The notes beneath the pieces were generated by a model, which worked only from the letters and a program-made list of their open reading frames with translations, ran no database searches and was not told where the DNA came from. A DNA stretch of 5,954 bases from a virus, in IMG/VR virus record IMGVR_UViG_3300045988_015384, positions 1-5,954 of that record. One strand, given 5' to 3'. The position numbers were made by a program, and so were the translations under genes. Each line of letters opens with the position of its first letter. The first letter of the stretch is position 1. Below are positions 4,165-5,954 of the stretch, piece by piece.

Positions 4165-5184
4165 TTATAGAATTCCGCGTTTTTTCGTTTGTTTTTTGGT
4201 AACACGCTCTTTTGTTTCTAACTGTGTTTTGTAGTCTTTGCCTTCCAACTGCAATCTTTTCTGCTCTATTGCCTTTCTTTGTCTGTTCTGCTTGATTCGC
4301 CAAAGCCTTTCAGGGTTTTCTTTTTCCATCATCTTTTCATAATATCGCGGTATTTGTGCCTTTTTGCCATTGGTGCATTGAATGTAGCCCTGTTTCCAGA
4401 TCTCTTCTTTGTGCTCTTGATAGTACGCATCGCCTAGCCCCGGTTTAAGCGACATGCACGCGAATGGCTTTTGTTGTCCTAACTCATAATAGGCATTTGC
4501 TTTCTGGCCGTTAATTTCGTACATTTTTTTTGTAACATACCCTGCAACATATCTATATGTTTCAGGTACAGCTTGTGCTATTTGAATTTGTCCGTTTCCC
4601 CATAGCTTTTGCATCCATTCACTTGTATAGTATCCGTTGTGATGGATTTTGTACAGTTGTTTTAGGTCTGTTGGTTGCCATCCGTATAGAATCATGTGAT
4701 AGTGTGGTCTTGCTGTTTGTTCTCCGTACTCTCCTGCACAGAAATAGCGCAATTTGCCGCCGTAAGCCTTTCTGAGACGTTTTAAAAATTTCTGAACGTC
4801 TGAATACATTAGTGTTTGTACGCTCTCTGGCGCTTTCTTTCCCGGCTTCCAGATGTATTGCACTTTTCTCATGATTTCGCCTGTACTTAGAATCATTCCC
4901 GGTACGTGGTCATCATCGTAAGTTAGTGTGATAAACCAGACTTGTTCTTTTGGCCACTGCCGCGCCTCTAGTTCAATTCTTGTTGTCCAATCTTCTCTTT
5001 GTTGAATTCTGCACCCAATGCATTGTCCGCATGGTATTAGCATAACTTTTGGTTCATACATCAAATCTTCATATTTTAATTTTTTGCCCACTCTTTCAGA
5101 AAAGCGGGCAAGTGAATACACCTGCCCGCTGATTTCTCTGTTTTCCGGGCTGTATATCCGAATTAACGGTTTATAACAGCTCAT
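4165..5184 (-). CDS. VP4: Replication initiation protein VP4 (HUH-superfamily rolling-circle endonuclease, phiX174 gpA-like), 339 aa.
   Basis: It carries motif 1 WFITLTYDD, motif 2 RPHYHMILYG (HUH-type HYH), motif 3 YVAGYVTKK (catalytic Tyr region), and an N-terminal PCGQCIGCR Cys cluster typical of microvirus VP4. The ATG overlaps the VP2 stop as ATGA (5184-5181). Confidence 0.92.
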   Translation of the reverse strand: MSCYKPLIRIYSPENREISGQVYSLARFSERVGKKLKYEDLMYEPKVMLIPCGQCIGCRIQQREDWTTRIELEARQWPKEQVWFITLTYDDDHVPGMILSTGEIMRKVQYIWKPGKKAPESVQTLMYSDVQKFLKRLRKAYGGKLRYFCAGEYGEQTARPHYHMILYGWQPTDLKQLYKIHHNGYYTSEWMQKLWGNGQIQIAQAVPETYRYVAGYVTKKMYEINGQKANAYYELGQQKPFACMSLKPGLGDAYYQEHKEEIWKQGYIQCTNGKKAQIPRYYEKMMEKENPERLWRIKQNRQRKAIEQKRLQLEGKDYKTQLETKERVTKKQTKKRGIL

Positions 5185-5954
5185 CTTAAATAATCACCCG
5201 GCTTTCTTTGTTGTCCGTAACTTCCTGTTTTGTCTTGCATGGTTACTGCGTTCTTTTTTGCACCACCAAAGTTTTGTGCGGTTATGCCTCCGTGCTCGTT
5301 TTTTCCGGATGTTCTGTTACCTGTGTTTACACCTTCTTCGATTGCATTTCCTGCTTTTTCTCCGATTTCGGATAGTGCTTTTTGCAATCCTAGTGGTGTC
5401 ATGTTTGTACTGCTTAACATCTGGTTCCAGCTTTGTGCGGCGTTGTACCAATCACTTTGTGACCAACTTTCACTGCTGTACGAGTTTGGCACAAATCCGC
5501 TTGCTCTGCTTACTCCCAGCGCGCTTGACGATGGTGCGCCCATGCTTGCGCCTGAAATCGTTCCTGCGCTACCTCCCGGCGTGCTTGCACCGCCGTTCTG
5601 GAATGCCAATATAGGATTAAGGCCTGCTTTTTTCATGTCCTCAACTGCCCTCTGATAGGCTGTATTTGACATGTGTTCTTGCCATTCTCGATTTTTCATG
5701 GCTTCTGTGCTGTTGAAATTCATTGCTGTTGCGTTTTCGATGTGGTTATATACGCCCTGCATGATTGCTCCCAATGTGTTATAGCCCATCTGTTCCAGCA
5801 TTGATTTCTGGTTAAATTGACTTTGTCTCTGTCCTTCTGCGTTCTGATATTGGTATGCTCCTTTTAGATACTGCATTACCTGTTCGTCATTCGTTCCGGA
5901 CTTGCTCATGCTTTGGCTTTGTCCACCGCCTTGCTGTGTACTTCCGCCTTGACT
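5181..5954 (-). CDS. VP2: 3' portion of the VP2 DNA pilot protein gene. The frame is open to the window end, and the true start is ATG 264-262 after circular wrap.
   Basis: The block NREWQEHMSNTAYQRAVEDMKKAGLNPILAF is the conserved microvirus VP2 core. The frame stays open upstream of the internal ATG at 5909 (…SQGGSTQQGGGQSQS-M), which has no SD. Confidence 0.88.
   Translation of the reverse strand, partial: SQGGSTQQGGGQSQSMSKSGTNDEQVMQYLKGAYQYQNAEGQRQSQFNQKSMLEQMGYNTLGAIMQGVYNHIENATAMNFNSTEAMKNREWQEHMSNTAYQRAVEDMKKAGLNPILAFQNGGASTPGGSAGTISGASMGAPSSSALGVSRASGFVPNSYSSESWSQSDWYNAAQSWNQMLSSTNMTPLGLQKALSEIGEKAGNAIEEGVNTGNRTSGKNEHGGITAQNFGGAKKNAVTMQDKTGSYGQQRKPGDYLR
5814..5954. repeat. Terminal direct repeat, right copy (identical to 1-141).
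   Basis: Exact match to 1-141. Confidence 0.95.

Noticed and set aside
4164-4169. Second TATAAT on the minus strand overlapping the VP4 stop codon, and a plus-strand TATAAT at 4063-4068.
   Set aside because: No acceptable -35 element lies at 16-18 nt spacing for either one. The minus-strand box would fire straight into the 12-bp hairpin. Both are likely chance occurrences in AT-rich sequence.
42-5655. All plus-strand ORFs in the track: 42-269, 447-680, 717-989, 1091-1348, 1876-2175, 1994-2248, 2267-2581, 2686-2880, 2757-2957, 3019-3267, 3441-3680, 3864-4067, 4557-4775, 5230-5655 and 5258-5614.
   Set aside because: Each lies antisense to a well-supported minus-strand gene or in the repeat-rich intergenic region. 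Their products are low-complexity and Leu/Phe/Cys/Arg-rich, as expected for antisense shadows. I saw no SD motifs, and Microviridae transcribe only one strand.
5181-5909. VP2 starting at the ATG at 5909-5907, as drawn in the ORF track (242 aa).
   Set aside because: The frame remains open upstream to the window end and continues across the circular junction to ATG 264-262. No SD precedes 5909. The upstream 56 residues form the Gly/Ala-rich hydrophobic N-terminus expected for pilot proteins.
1-5954. tRNA, rRNA, integrase/att sites or transposase that would indicate a prophage or mobile element context.
   Set aside because: No cloverleaf-compatible segments or recombinase-like ORFs were seen. 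The terminal repeat is explained by circular assembly overlap, not by att or LTR-type repeats.

Overview
The window is one complete circular ssDNA phage genome of the family Microviridae (gokushovirus-like), read as its antisense strand. Bases 1-141 are identical to 5814-5954, so the unit genome is 5,813 nt, linearised inside the pilot-protein gene. All credible genes are on the minus strand and tightly packed, often with overlapping stop and start codons. In coding-strand order they are: promoter (3763-3735), orf60, M15-family zinc peptidase (endolysin-like), orf38, orf75, 40-aa basic J/ORF8-like DNA-binding protein, VP5-like small protein, VP3 scaffold, VP1 major capsid, VP2 pilot (wraps across the window ends), VP4 rolling-circle Rep. 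Two small genes (38 aa and 40 aa) fall below the ORF-track cutoff and were found by hand translation. The most unusual part is the 456-nt non-coding region (3709-4164), which is large for this family. It holds a perfect 12-bp hairpin just after VP4, two tandem copies of a 22-nt strictly alternating pyrimidine-purine GC-rich tract (Z-DNA-prone), six TTCAAC iterons (three with DnaA-box-like 3' extensions), a GC-rich nested hairpin, and a near-consensus sigma70-type promoter with extended -10 and phased A-tracts. Other points of interest are a cell-wall peptidase with no signal peptide or holin candidate, a hairpin between the VP2 Shine-Dalgarno and start codon, and a 12-nt tandem repeat coding (KETP)n at the VP3 C-terminus just upstream of the VP1 start. 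No tRNA, rRNA, CRISPR array or transposable element was seen. All family assignments come from motif recognition by eye and need HMM or BLAST confirmation.
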